Below, in pieces: positions 39,121 through 49,392 of a stretch of DNA of 64,000 nucleotides. This DNA is from an uncultured delta proteobacterium. GTDB taxonomy: Bacteria; Desulfobacterota; Desulfobacteria; Desulfobacterales; SpSt-501. The stretch is taken from positions 1,505 through 65,504 of the forward strand of contig CAVQTH010000045.1 in the NCBI GenBank assembly GCA_963716325.1, written 5' to 3'. A program made the translations under genes and the position numbers. The notes under the pieces are model-generated. The model ran no database searches, had not been told where the DNA came from, and saw only the letters and a program-made list of their open reading frames with translations. How positions within the stretch are numbered: the first letter of the stretch is position 1; each line of letters opens with the position of its first letter.

Positions 39121-39123
39121 AAA

Positions 39124-39160
39124 GCAACGGCCGCCCGTTGCCGGGCGGCCGTTGCTTTTT
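39124..39160. terminator. Rho-independent-type bidirectional terminator
   Basis: gcaacggccgcccg-ttgc-cgggcggccgttgc is a 14-bp perfect stem, flanked by AAA on the 5' side and TTTTT on the 3' side. It sits between the convergent lipoprotein gene and mlaC. Confidence 0.8.
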
Positions 39161-39205
39161 ATCGAGGACACATGGCGCCCCTGCGGGGCAATGAAACCTT
39201 CAGAA

Positions 39206-39811
39206 TCAACCCTTTGCGACTTTGTCCCGGAGCATCTTCAAAACCTCCTCCGGCGAATCCTTGGCCAGGATGTCGCGGAACTGGTCGCGGTAGTTCTTCA
39301 CCAGGCTGATCCCCTCGATGATGACATCGTAAACCCCCCAGGTGCTTCCCTTGCTGATCAGCCGGTAGTCGAGGGGTATCTTTTTGCCGTCGCCCGTGAT
39401 GATGTTGCTGGTGACCTCGGCCTGGCCTTCCCTCAGCATGGTTTCCTTGTCGAAGACGACTTTCTCGTTGGAATAGGAAAGCAGCCGGTCGGCATACGTC
39501 TTTTCGAGCAGATCGCTGAAGAGCTTGATGAACTCGGCCTGCTGCTGATCATTGAACTTGGCCCATTCACGGCCCAGCGTCCGTTTGGACAACTCGGTGT
39601 AGTCGAAGATTTCGTTCACAATCGAGCGGATCTTAACGATCTTGGCATCGCGGGGCTGGTCTTTGAACGCCGGCTCGGCCAGCGTCTTCAGCACCTTGTT
39701 GACCTGCACCTCCACCGTCTCCTTGGCCGACGCCGCCAAGACCTGCAGCGGCAGCACGCACAGCGCCACCGCCACGAATGCAACCACTATCGGTGCTCCT
39801 TTAAATCGCAT
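39206..39811 (-). CDS. mlaC: Phospholipid-binding periplasmic protein MlaC (Ttg2D family)
   Basis: 201 aa with a signal peptide and WGVYDVIIEGISLVKNYRDQF, characteristic of MlaC. Confidence 0.85.
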   Translation of the reverse strand: MRFKGAPIVVAFVAVALCVLPLQVLAASAKETVEVQVNKVLKTLAEPAFKDQPRDAKIVKIRSIVNEIFDYTELSKRTLGREWAKFNDQQQAEFIKLFSDLLEKTYADRLLSYSNEKVVFDKETMLREGQAEVTSNIITGDGKKIPLDYRLISKGSTWGVYDVIIEGISLVKNYRDQFRDILAKDSPEEVLKMLRDKVAKG

Positions 39812-39865
39812 GTCGTCCCTCCATTCTATCGGTTAATCGAGCAAAGATAAAACCATCCCGACGGG

Positions 39866-39978
39866 CTCACAGGAAGCCCAAAGTCAAGGCGCGCGATCCT
39901 CGCCGAGCGAGGCGTACAGTTCGTACGCCGCAGTGAGCGCGAGGTGAAGCGCAACGCAGGATTTGGGTTTCTTGTGAG
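39866..39978. repeat. Nested inverted-repeat element between mlaD and mlaC
   Basis: Outer arms ctcacaggaagcccaaa (39866-39882) and tttgggtttcttgtgag (39962-39978), 15/17 complementary. Inner hairpins are cctcgc-cga-gcgagg (39898-39912) and ggcgtac-agttc-gtacgcc (39911-39929). Confidence 0.7.
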
Positions 39979-39982
39979 CTCG

Positions 39983-40435
39983 TCACTTTTTGACGTCGCC
40001 GAACGCATATTTGCTTACCAGCTCCATGATGTCGATCGGCGCCTCGGTCTCGGTGATCGCATCTCCCGCTTTCAACAGCGAGCCGCTGCCTCCGGCATCG
40101 ATGCCCACGTAGCGGTCGCCGATGAGACCCTCGGTCTTGATCGAGGCGATGGCGTCGTCGTAGACCTTGACGCCCTTGTTGACCCGCAGTTCCACGATCG
40201 CCTGCTGCTTTTCCTGGTCCATGGTCATCTTGCCCACGCGCCCGACCTCCAAGCCGAGCATGTTGACGGTGCTGCCCGGTTTCAATCCGGTCACCTTGCT
40301 GAAGCGCGCCGTCAACGGGTAGGTGTCGTCCGCAAAAAGTCCGACGTCACCGATCTTGACCGTCATGTAGCCGATGCAGAGCAGGCCGACCAACACAAAG
40401 ATGCCGACCACCGATTCCTTGGAATACTTTTGCAT
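39983..40435 (-). CDS. mlaD: MCE-domain protein MlaD
   Basis: 150 aa with an N-terminal TM anchor and an MCE domain (VTGLKPGSTVNMLGLEVGRV). Confidence 0.88.
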   Translation of the reverse strand: MQKYSKESVVGIFVLVGLLCIGYMTVKIGDVGLFADDTYPLTARFSKVTGLKPGSTVNMLGLEVGRVGKMTMDQEKQQAIVELRVNKGVKVYDDAIASIKTEGLIGDRYVGIDAGGSGSLLKAGDAITETEAPIDIMELVSKYAFGDVKK

Positions 40436-40441
40436 ACCGAA

Positions 40442-41689
40442 TCACCTCCGAGTGCCGCACTGAAACGTGGCGATGGGTTTCTTGTCGAACCGCGCGAATT
40501 CCATGACCGACTCGATTTCCACCTGGGGCTGGCCCTGCGCCATGCCGACCGAGATCACGAAATCAAAGCACTGGTCCGGCGGGATCTCTTTCTGGAACGC
40601 CTCGGTCAGCTCGCGCATGCCGTGCTCCTGGAAATCGGCGGTAAATTTTTCGAGGATGCGCCGGGCCTCGTCCAGGTCGGAAAACGGCAGGATGGTGGCA
40701 AACTCGTTGATGGTTTGCCGCGTGGAGAAGCCGCCGACGGCGCCGAAGTGTTTGCGGATGTAATTGCCGAGCGACCGCAGGGTCTGCTGGGCCGCGTCAT
40801 GGCTGATGGCCTCGCTGATCTCGTCCATGTTGTCGAAACCGAACATCAGCACGGCGTAGGACTCATCGGCCCCCCGCCGCACGAGCTCGGTCTGGTAGCG
40901 GATCTTGAAGTGCCGGGTGGAGTAAAGCCCGGTGATGTCCTCCTGCAGGTTTTCCAGGCTCTGCAGGATTTCATCGTGGAACGGGTGGTTGAAGTTCTCC
41001 ATCTGATCCGGGGTGCCTTCGAACACGATTTTCTTGTCCCACAGGGCCAGAATGCGGTTCGAGATGAAAAACACGTCCGGGATCTCGTGGCTGATGAGAA
41101 TCGCGGTGAAACCGATCTTCTTCTTGTACTCGGCGATCATCCCCAGGATCGCGTTCTTGCGGATGGGGTCCTGGCCGGTGGTGGGCTCGTCGAACAGCAC
41201 GATCTGCGGGTCGGTCACCAGCGCCCGGGCCAGGGCGGCGCGCTTCTGCATGCCGCCGGAGATCTCCGAGGGGTATTTGTGCGCCACTTCGGTCAACTCG
41301 GTCTGCTGGATCCGGGCCATGGCCTTGGCCTCGATCTCCTTGCGGCCGAGCGTGGTGGTACGTTTGAGCGGCAGGGCGACGTTCTCAAAGACGGTCATCG
41401 AGTCAAACAGGGCGTTGTTCTGGAACATGTAGCTGATCCGGCCGATGTAAGCGTTCCACTCCTGGCGGGTCATGCGGTTGATGGGTTGGCCCTGGTAGAG
41501 GATCTCCCCCGCGTCCGGTTTGAGCAGCCCGATGATGTGCTTGAGCGTGACACTCTTGCCCGTGCCGCTCAGGCCGATGATGGTGGTCACCTCGCCTTCG
41601 TAGACCTTGAAGTTGACGCCGTCCAGGATCGTGCGTTCGCCGAAGCGCTTGGTGACGTTGCGGAACTCGATCAGGGGCTGCTGTTCCAT
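40442..41689 (-). CDS. mlaF: MlaF-type ABC ATPase fused to a C-terminal degenerate GGDEF domain
   Basis: 415 aa. GLSGTGKS, ISGGMQKRAALARAL and VLFDEPTTGQDP, then DITGLYSTRHF...YAVLMFGFDNMDEI...RQTINEFATILPF...FVISVGMAQ (GGDEF fold with the signature replaced by TINEF). Confidence 0.85.
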   Translation of the reverse strand: MEQQPLIEFRNVTKRFGERTILDGVNFKVYEGEVTTIIGLSGTGKSVTLKHIIGLLKPDAGEILYQGQPINRMTRQEWNAYIGRISYMFQNNALFDSMTVFENVALPLKRTTTLGRKEIEAKAMARIQQTELTEVAHKYPSEISGGMQKRAALARALVTDPQIVLFDEPTTGQDPIRKNAILGMIAEYKKKIGFTAILISHEIPDVFFISNRILALWDKKIVFEGTPDQMENFNHPFHDEILQSLENLQEDITGLYSTRHFKIRYQTELVRRGADESYAVLMFGFDNMDEISEAISHDAAQQTLRSLGNYIRKHFGAVGGFSTRQTINEFATILPFSDLDEARRILEKFTADFQEHGMRELTEAFQKEIPPDQCFDFVISVGMAQGQPQVEIESVMEFARFDKKPIATFQCGTRR

Positions 41690-41701
41690 GCCGTCCTCGC
41701 G

Positions 41702-42550
41702 TTACAGGAGAAAAGACGTGACCACGTAGTCCGAAACCAGGATCATGACGCAGGAGAGCACCACGGCCGATGTGGTGGACAGGCTGACACTCTTGGAGCC
41801 GTAGCTGTCTCTGCGCATGTGGGTGAAATAGCCCTGGAAGCAGCAGATGGTGATGACCAGCACGGCGAACACGATCGACTTGATGAAGCCTCCCTTGACG
41901 TCGATCCACTCCACGCTGGCGTCGACCCGATAGAGGTAGGAGCCGGCACTGGCCCCCATGAGAATGACCCCGCTCAGGTAGCCGCCCAGGATGCCGATCA
42001 GGTCGAAGAAGGCCGTCAGGATCGGGAAGCTGATCAAGGCCGCGGCGATGCGTGGGCTGATGAGGTAGCCGAGCGGGTCGATGCGCATCGTGGTGAGGGC
42101 GTCGATCTGCTCGGAGATGCGCTGGATCCCAATCTCGGCGGTCATGGCGGAGCCCGCCCGGGCGGTGATCATGATCGCCGCCAGCACGGGCCCCAGCTCC
42201 CGGATCAGCGAGAGGGACACCGCTGTGCCCAGGAACCCGACCGCACCGAACTTGTTCATGACGTAGTACAGCTGAAGGCCGAGCACCATGCCCGTGAAAA
42301 ACCCCACCAGGGCGACGATGCTCGCCGATTTGGCGCCGATGAAGTAAACCTGGTTCACGATCTCGGGGATCTGCTTCCAGTGAAAGATCTGGATGAACGC
42401 CCGCGCCAGGAATATGGCCATCGCGCCCAGATTGTTGTTGAGCTGAATGCCGAAGCGGCCGAAGGGGTTCAAAATGGCCGGCAAAAGCGACCCCCGATCT
42501 TTCGAGGCGGCGCTGATCGGTTCGTTGTCTGGTAACTGGTCGACTGCCAT
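41702..42550 (-). CDS. mlaE: ABC transporter permease MlaE
   Basis: 282 aa containing LIRELGPVLAAIMITARAGSAMTAEIGIQRISEQIDAL, the MlaE signature. Confidence 0.9.
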   Translation of the reverse strand: MAVDQLPDNEPISAASKDRGSLLPAILNPFGRFGIQLNNNLGAMAIFLARAFIQIFHWKQIPEIVNQVYFIGAKSASIVALVGFFTGMVLGLQLYYVMNKFGAVGFLGTAVSLSLIRELGPVLAAIMITARAGSAMTAEIGIQRISEQIDALTTMRIDPLGYLISPRIAAALISFPILTAFFDLIGILGGYLSGVILMGASAGSYLYRVDASVEWIDVKGGFIKSIVFAVLVITICCFQGYFTHMRRDSYGSKSVSLSTTSAVVLSCVMILVSDYVVTSFLL

Positions 42551-42631
42551 GCAATGAACTCCGTTGCGCTGAAGTGGGGGTGGGCCGCGGCCGAAACGTC
42601 AAAAAAGAAAACCCAAATGATGACTGCAGGA

Positions 42632-42659
42632 TTGACAATCACCACCAGGATTCGATAAT
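42632..42659 (+). promoter_or_regulatory. Sigma70-like promoter candidate for gpmA
   Basis: TTGACA, a 16-nt spacer, then GATAAT, in the AT-rich divergent spacer with mlaE. Confidence 0.4.
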
Positions 42660-42769
42660 GCTTTATTAATACAAATAAAATAGCACAATAGGCCGATAAG
42701 TCAACCGACAGCCGGAAAAGGGCGGGCGGGTTTCCCGGCCCGGTCTGCGGCTGAAAAAAGGAGGCAGGC

Positions 42770-43519
42770 ATGAAGAAACTGGTGTTGCTGCGTCATGGCG
42801 AGAGCCTGTGGAACAAGGAAAACCGTTTCACCGGCTGGACCGACGTGGGGTTGACGGAAAAAGGCGTCCAGGAGGCCGTCGAGGCCGGGCGACTCCTGAA
42901 AAAGGATGGTTACGTGTTCGACGTGGCGTTCACCTCGGTTCTCAGCCGCGCCATCAAAACCCTCTGGCTCGCGCTGGAGCAGATGGACCGGATGTGGATC
43001 CCGGTGCACCTGAGTTGGCGGCTCAACGAGCGGCACTACGGCGCGCTGCAGGGTCTGAACAAGGCCGAAACCGCGGAGCGCCACGGCATGGACCAGGTGA
43101 TGTTGTGGCGCCGCAGCTACGACATCCGCCCCCCGGCGCTCACGTCCGACGACGCGCGCTTCCCCGGCCACGACCCCCGCTACCAGGGCCTGGGGCTGAA
43201 GGACCTCCCGCTCACGGAATGCCTGAAGGACACCGTCGAGCGGTTTCTGCCCCACTGGCACGACACCATCGCCCCGGCCGTGAAATCCGGCCAGCGCGTC
43301 GTCATCTCCGCCCACGGCAACAGCCTGCGGGCCCTGGTCAAATACCTCGACAACATCTCCGAAAAGGACATCCTGGAACTCAACATACCGACCGGCATCC
43401 CCCTGGTCTATGAATTGGGCGACGACCTGAAACCCCTGCGCAGCTACTACCTGGGAGACCCGGAAGCGGCGAAAAAAGCCGCCCAGGCGGTTGGCGACCA
43501 GTTGAAAAAGAAAAAGTAA
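42770..43519 (+). CDS. gpmA: 2,3-bisphosphoglycerate-dependent phosphoglycerate mutase
   Basis: 249 aa containing [23 protein letters not shown] and [11 protein letters not shown]. Confidence 0.93.
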   Translation: MKKLVLLRHGESLWNKENRFTGWTDVGLTEKGVQEAVEAGRLLKKDGYVFDVAFTSVLSRAIKTLWLALEQMDRMWIPVHLSWRLNERHYGALQGLNKAETAERHGMDQVMLWRRSYDIRPPALTSDDARFPGHDPRYQGLGLKDLPLTECLKDTVERFLPHWHDTIAPAVKSGQRVVISAHGNSLRALVKYLDNISEKDILELNIPTGIPLVYELGDDLKPLRSYYLGDPEAAKKAAQAVGDQLKKKK

Positions 43520-43593
43520 CGTGAAAGAATGATGAGTGCGTCTGCCCCCGGCAGCGCCGACGACCCACTGAATAAAGGAGCGAAGCAGCCCCC

Positions 43594-45708
43594 ATGGATT
43601 TGATCACGACCGCCACAAACGGATTTTCCCAATTGGACGTTTCCGAGAAGGTTAAATCCGCCGCCCTGGCCAACCTGCAAACCTGGCTGACCGACCTCGC
43701 CTTTGCCGAGTATGCCCCCCAGATCCGCTACCTGATCGAGGCCGGCAAATGGGATGTACTCCTGGACTCCTTTTACCAGGTGATCCCCTTCGGCACCGGC
43801 GGCCGCCGCGGGCCGGTGGGCATCGGCCCGAACCGCATCAACGCGTGGACCATCCAGGCCTCGGCCCAGGGGCATTCCCAGTATCTCTTGAGAATCTACG
43901 GCGAGGAGGCCAAACGCCGGGGCGTCGTCATGACCTTCGACGTCCGCATCTACCGCCTCAAGGGGATCTATTCCGACGACATCCCCAACCCGGTGAAAGA
44001 CCTCGACGGCTGGAGGCTTGCCCGGGCCGCGGCCGAAGTCTACGCCGCCAACGGCATCCGGAGCTACCTCTTCGAAACCGTGCGCAGCACGCCGGAGCTC
44101 TCGTTTGCCATCCGCCACCTCAAGGCCATCGCCGGCGACATGTTCAGCGCCAGCCACAACCTGCCCCCCGACAACGGCAAGAAGGTCTATGACGAGTTCG
44201 GCGGCCAGCTCATTCCGCCGCACGACCAGACGCTGGTGGACGAGGTCACCGGCAACGTCCAGGCGATCCGGCACCTGCCCTTTGACGAGGCCCGTCGCCG
44301 CGGCCTGGTGGTTATCCTCGGGGAGGAAATCGACCGCGCCTATCAGGATGCGGCCGGCGGGGTGTCCCTCTCCGGGGAGCGCGGCCTGAAAATTTTCTAC
44401 TCGCCGCTGCACGGCACCGGCATCACCACGGTCTACCCGGTGCTCAAACACCTGGGTTTCGACGTGGCGCTGTGCCCGGCGACCTCCAACCTGAGCGGGG
44501 CATTCGAGAAGGTGACGTTCAACATCCCCAACCCGGAGGTGGTGGAATCCTTTAGCACCTCCCTGCCGCTGGCGCAGAAGGCGGGCGCCGACATCCTGCT
44601 CAGCACCGACCCGGATGCGGACCGCATCGGCATCATGGTGCACCACCGCGGGCAGTGGCTTTTCCTGACCGGCAACGAGATCGCCATCATCCTGGCCAAC
44701 TACGCCATCGACCGGCTGCGCGCCGCGGGCCGTTTGACCCCGCAGCGGGTGATCGTCAAAACGGACGTCACCACCGCCCTGATCGACAAGATGGCCCGGG
44801 AGAACAACATCACCTGCGTCGGCGACCTGCTGGTCGGCTTCAAGTACGTGGCCGAGGAAATGAACAAGCTGGAATCCGCCGGCCGCGGGTCGGACTTCAT
44901 TTTCGGCTGCGAGGAAAGCCACGGCTACCTCACGGGCACCTATGCCCGCGACAAGGACGCGGCCGGCGCCGCGGTCTGGATCGCCGAGTATGCGGCCCGA
45001 CTCAAACAGCGCGGCAAGACCCTGGTGGACGCCCTCGACGAGATCTACTCCGCCTATGGCTACTGCCACAACTACCTGACCGAGATCCGGCTGCTGGGCG
45101 CCAAGGGCATGGAGCAGATCGCGGCCATCATGGACCACTTCCGGGGTCGGGCGGTGGAGCGCTTCGGTGATTTCACGGTGGCCGAAAAGATCGACCGCTG
45201 GCAGGGCGCGCCCCAGCCGCACCTGTCCGAGACCGACACCTCCGCCCGCAACGCCATCATCTTCCGCCTCCGGAACGTGCCCGAAACGACCGGCCTGCGC
45301 GTCACCGTGCGGCCGTCGGGGACCGAGCCCAAGATCAAGATGTATTTCGAATTGGTAGGCAAGCCCTGCCGCCTCGAAGATCTCGCCGCGGCCAAGCAGG
45401 CGCTCGTCGATGTCCGCCTGCAGCTCGAAAAGACCTTCATGCGCTACTGCTACGGCCTGATCGGCGTGGATTTCCCCGAACGCGGCTTTCTCCTGTTCTG
45501 GCAACTGCCCCTCAAGGACAAACTGAAGTACTTTGAGATCGAGGACGAGATCGCCCGGCTGAAAGACATCCCGGAGCGCAAGACCCGCACCGAAAAACTG
45601 AACTCCCTACTCAAGTTTTTAGGAGCCAACCCCGTCCAGAAGGTGGACAATGCCTTCAAGGCCCGCTTCGAGGCGGGCATCCAGGATTACCTGGGTTTGG
45701 CCCCCTGA
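43594..45708 (+). CDS. Alpha-D-phosphohexomutase family protein (phosphoglucomutase/phosphomannomutase) with a C-terminal extension
   Basis: 704 aa. Active-site loop MFSASHNLPPDNG, Mg loop STDPDADRIG and sugar loop GCEESHGY. Confidence 0.82.
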   Translation: MDLITTATNGFSQLDVSEKVKSAALANLQTWLTDLAFAEYAPQIRYLIEAGKWDVLLDSFYQVIPFGTGGRRGPVGIGPNRINAWTIQASAQGHSQYLLRIYGEEAKRRGVVMTFDVRIYRLKGIYSDDIPNPVKDLDGWRLARAAAEVYAANGIRSYLFETVRSTPELSFAIRHLKAIAGDMFSASHNLPPDNGKKVYDEFGGQLIPPHDQTLVDEVTGNVQAIRHLPFDEARRRGLVVILGEEIDRAYQDAAGGVSLSGERGLKIFYSPLHGTGITTVYPVLKHLGFDVALCPATSNLSGAFEKVTFNIPNPEVVESFSTSLPLAQKAGADILLSTDPDADRIGIMVHHRGQWLFLTGNEIAIILANYAIDRLRAAGRLTPQRVIVKTDVTTALIDKMARENNITCVGDLLVGFKYVAEEMNKLESAGRGSDFIFGCEESHGYLTGTYARDKDAAGAAVWIAEYAARLKQRGKTLVDALDEIYSAYGYCHNYLTEIRLLGAKGMEQIAAIMDHFRGRAVERFGDFTVAEKIDRWQGAPQPHLSETDTSARNAIIFRLRNVPETTGLRVTVRPSGTEPKIKMYFELVGKPCRLEDLAAAKQALVDVRLQLEKTFMRYCYGLIGVDFPERGFLLFWQLPLKDKLKYFEIEDEIARLKDIPERKTRTEKLNSLLKFLGANPVQKVDNAFKARFEAGIQDYLGLAP

Positions 45709-45725
45709 GGAGCTTTGATATTTCC

Positions 45726-45752
45726 TGTGGGAGCGGCTTTCCAGCCGCGATC
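45726..45752 (+). repeat. REP-like hairpin element, copy 3
   Basis: Exact tgtgggagcggctttccagccgcgatc, 18 nt after the phosphohexomutase stop. Confidence 0.8.
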
Positions 45753-46033
45753 GACGATTGCGCAGGGTCGGGCCTTGATTGACCGCCCGCTTCGCTTGAG
45801 ACGCAAAGTGCGCGGAGTGAATTATGTTTTCAAACCACCGTGAGAGGCGGCGGTTTGAAAAATGTCGCTCAAAGGGAATGCAAGGCCTCGCCGAAAGCCC
45901 AGGTGGGCCTTTTCCGGCGCCGGCCTCTCACCGGCACCGGAAAAAAGAAAACCCTCAGCGGCCTTTGCGTCTCTGCGGTGATATAGCGCCTTACCCACTC
46001 GTCAAAAGCCATCCGCCAGCCGAGGAGGACTCT

Positions 46034-47464
46034 GTGACATTTCCCTTCAACAAAACCAAGATCGTCGCCACCATCGGCCCGGCGTCGGATTCACCGGAGG
46101 TGCTCCGGCAGCTGATCCTGGCCGGCATGAATGTCGTGCGCCTCAATTTCTCCCACGGCGATTTCTCCGGCCATGGGGAGACCATCGCCCGGGTCCGTGC
46201 CGCGGCCGCGGCCGCCGACCGACGGGTCGCCATCATGGCTGATCTGCCGGGGCCCAAGATGCGCATCGGCAAATTTGTTGAAGAACCGATCCAACTCGCC
46301 GCCGGCGAGATGTTCACGCTGACGACGGAGGACATCATCGGCTCGCGGCAGCGCGTGTCGGTCAGCTTCCCGCAGCTGCCTGCATCGGTCCGTCCGGGCG
46401 ACCGGCTGTTCCTCAACGACGGCTATATCGAAATGGAGGTCGTTCAGGTCAAGGGTCCCGACGTCGTCTGCCGCGTCCAGGTGGGAGGCGAGTTGCGGTC
46501 GCGCAAGGGAGTGAACCTGCCCGGGATCGATCTCGGCATCAGCGCCTTCACCGAGCACGATCGCAAGTGCCTGGAGTTCGCCCTGCAGCACGGGGTCGAT
46601 GCCGTGAGCCAGTCTTTTGTAGACCGGGCGGAGGACATTGCGGCCGTGCGCGCCGCCGCGGCCGCCTTAGGATACCACCCCATGATCATCGCCAAGATCG
46701 AGCGCTCCGGGGCCCTGAAGCGCATCGACGAGATCATGGACGCCGCCGACGGCATTATGGTGGCGCGCGGCGACCTCGGGGTGGAGATCCCCATCGAAGA
46801 GATGGCCGTCGCTCAGAAACGGTTGATGCGTCTGGCCAACGTCACGTGCAAGCCGGTGATCACCGCCACCCAGATGCTGGAGTCCATGATCACCAACCGC
46901 CTGCCGACCCGGGCCGAGGCGACCGACGTGGCCAACGCCATCCTCGACGGGACGGATGCCGTGATGCTCTCGGGTGAGTCGGCCATGGGCCGCCACCCCG
47001 TCGAGGCCGTCGCCATGCTGGCGAAAATCGCGGCGGCCACCGAATCCCACCGCGCGGACTTCGGCACGGTCTGCGCCGGCGCAGTCATGGCCGGCAACGA
47101 GAACATCCAGGCCGAGGAACTGATTGCCGCCAGTGTGGAAGCCACCATCCGGCGCATCACCCCGGCCACGGTCATCGTCCCCACCCACAGCGGCGGCACG
47201 GCCCGCGGCATCGCCCGCTTCCGGCTGCCGGTGTGGATCACCGCCGTGAGCTCCCAGGAGAAAACCTGCCGGGACCTGATGTTTTCCTATGGGGTCTTCC
47301 CGGTGTGCGAAAAAGAACACCCGGACCGCTGGATCGACTGGTGTCGGCGCTGGCGGGAAGAGCAGAAGCTGACCGGCCGCTACATCGTGCTGACCGAAGG
47401 CCCGTCCCGCAAGCACCCGGACCGCAACAACCGCATGGAGATCATCGACCTTGGGAGGCAATGA
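46034..47464 (+). CDS. pyk: Pyruvate kinase
   Basis: KTKIVATIGPASDSPE, NFSHGD and MVARGDLGVEIP. I chose the GTG at 46034, after GAGGAGGA. The upstream part of the track ORF lies in repeat-rich spacer. Confidence 0.9.
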   Translation: MTFPFNKTKIVATIGPASDSPEVLRQLILAGMNVVRLNFSHGDFSGHGETIARVRAAAAAADRRVAIMADLPGPKMRIGKFVEEPIQLAAGEMFTLTTEDIIGSRQRVSVSFPQLPASVRPGDRLFLNDGYIEMEVVQVKGPDVVCRVQVGGELRSRKGVNLPGIDLGISAFTEHDRKCLEFALQHGVDAVSQSFVDRAEDIAAVRAAAAALGYHPMIIAKIERSGALKRIDEIMDAADGIMVARGDLGVEIPIEEMAVAQKRLMRLANVTCKPVITATQMLESMITNRLPTRAEATDVANAILDGTDAVMLSGESAMGRHPVEAVAMLAKIAAATESHRADFGTVCAGAVMAGNENIQAEELIAASVEATIRRITPATVIVPTHSGGTARGIARFRLPVWITAVSSQEKTCRDLMFSYGVFPVCEKEHPDRWIDWCRRWREEQKLTGRYIVLTEGPSRKHPDRNNRMEIIDLGRQ

Positions 47465-47492
47465 GATACTCGATACGAGATGCCGGATGCTG
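47465..47492 (+). repeat. Tandem heptamers GATACTC GATACGA GATGCCG GATGCTG directly after the pyk stop
   Basis: Four units with a shared GATRC core, starting at the first base after TGA. Confidence 0.7.
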
Positions 47493-47506
47493 GTTAAAAA
47501 ACGGTT

Positions 47507-47532
47507 GATCGCGGCTTGAAGCCGCTCCCACA
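47507..47532 (-). repeat. REP-like hairpin element, copy 4 (loop variant)
   Basis: The plus strand reads gatcgcggcttgaagccgctcccaca. Same arms as the other copies, with a TGA loop. Confidence 0.75.
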
Positions 47533-47553
47533 AAAACAGCATAATGAAATGCT

Positions 47554-47590
47554 GTTATCCAGCATATAGAATCACGTATCCAGCATCACC
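47554..47590 (-). repeat. Heptamer-periodic array in inverse orientation (ATC recurring at 7-nt spacing)
   Basis: gttatcc agcatat agaatca cgtatcc agcatca; complementary to the GATRC units on the other side of the REP hairpin. Confidence 0.6.
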
Positions 47591-47664
47591 CTCGGAATCG
47601 CGCATACCAGCGTAGATGAGAGCAACGACCTCATTAATCAACTAACCGGCACGAAGGAGTCAAG

Positions 47665-49324
<1,660 letters not shown>

Positions 49325-49376
49325 CGAGCAACGAGTAATGAGTGATGAGTCAGAGTTCAAAGTGATGAGTGATGAG
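49325..49376 (+). repeat. Tandem heptamer array immediately 3' of pgi
   Basis: CGAGCAA CGAGTAA TGAGTGA TGAGTCA at 49325-49352, and TGATGAG TGATGAG at 49363-49376. Confidence 0.7.
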
Positions 49377-49392
49377 CAAAAAGGAATTCTCC

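Noticed and set aside
39944-42535. 863-aa ORF on the plus strand
   Set aside because: Antisense to the whole mlaD-mlaF-mlaE block. Low-complexity composition and no recognisable domain; a high-GC artefact.
43447-45504. 685-aa ORF on the minus strand
   Set aside because: Antisense to the phosphohexomutase gene, which has clear active-site motifs. Artefact.
45909-45949. Hairpin cttttccggcgccgg...ccggcaccggaaaaag as an intrinsic terminator
   Set aside because: The T-run precedes and the A-run follows the stem in both orientations, so neither strand has the trailing U-tract needed for termination.
45824-46033. N-terminal 70-codon extension of the pyruvate kinase ORF
   Set aside because: It runs through intergenic repeat elements. 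The conserved Pyk sequence starts at KTKIVATIGP, and a GTG with a GAGGAGGA RBS lies at 46034.
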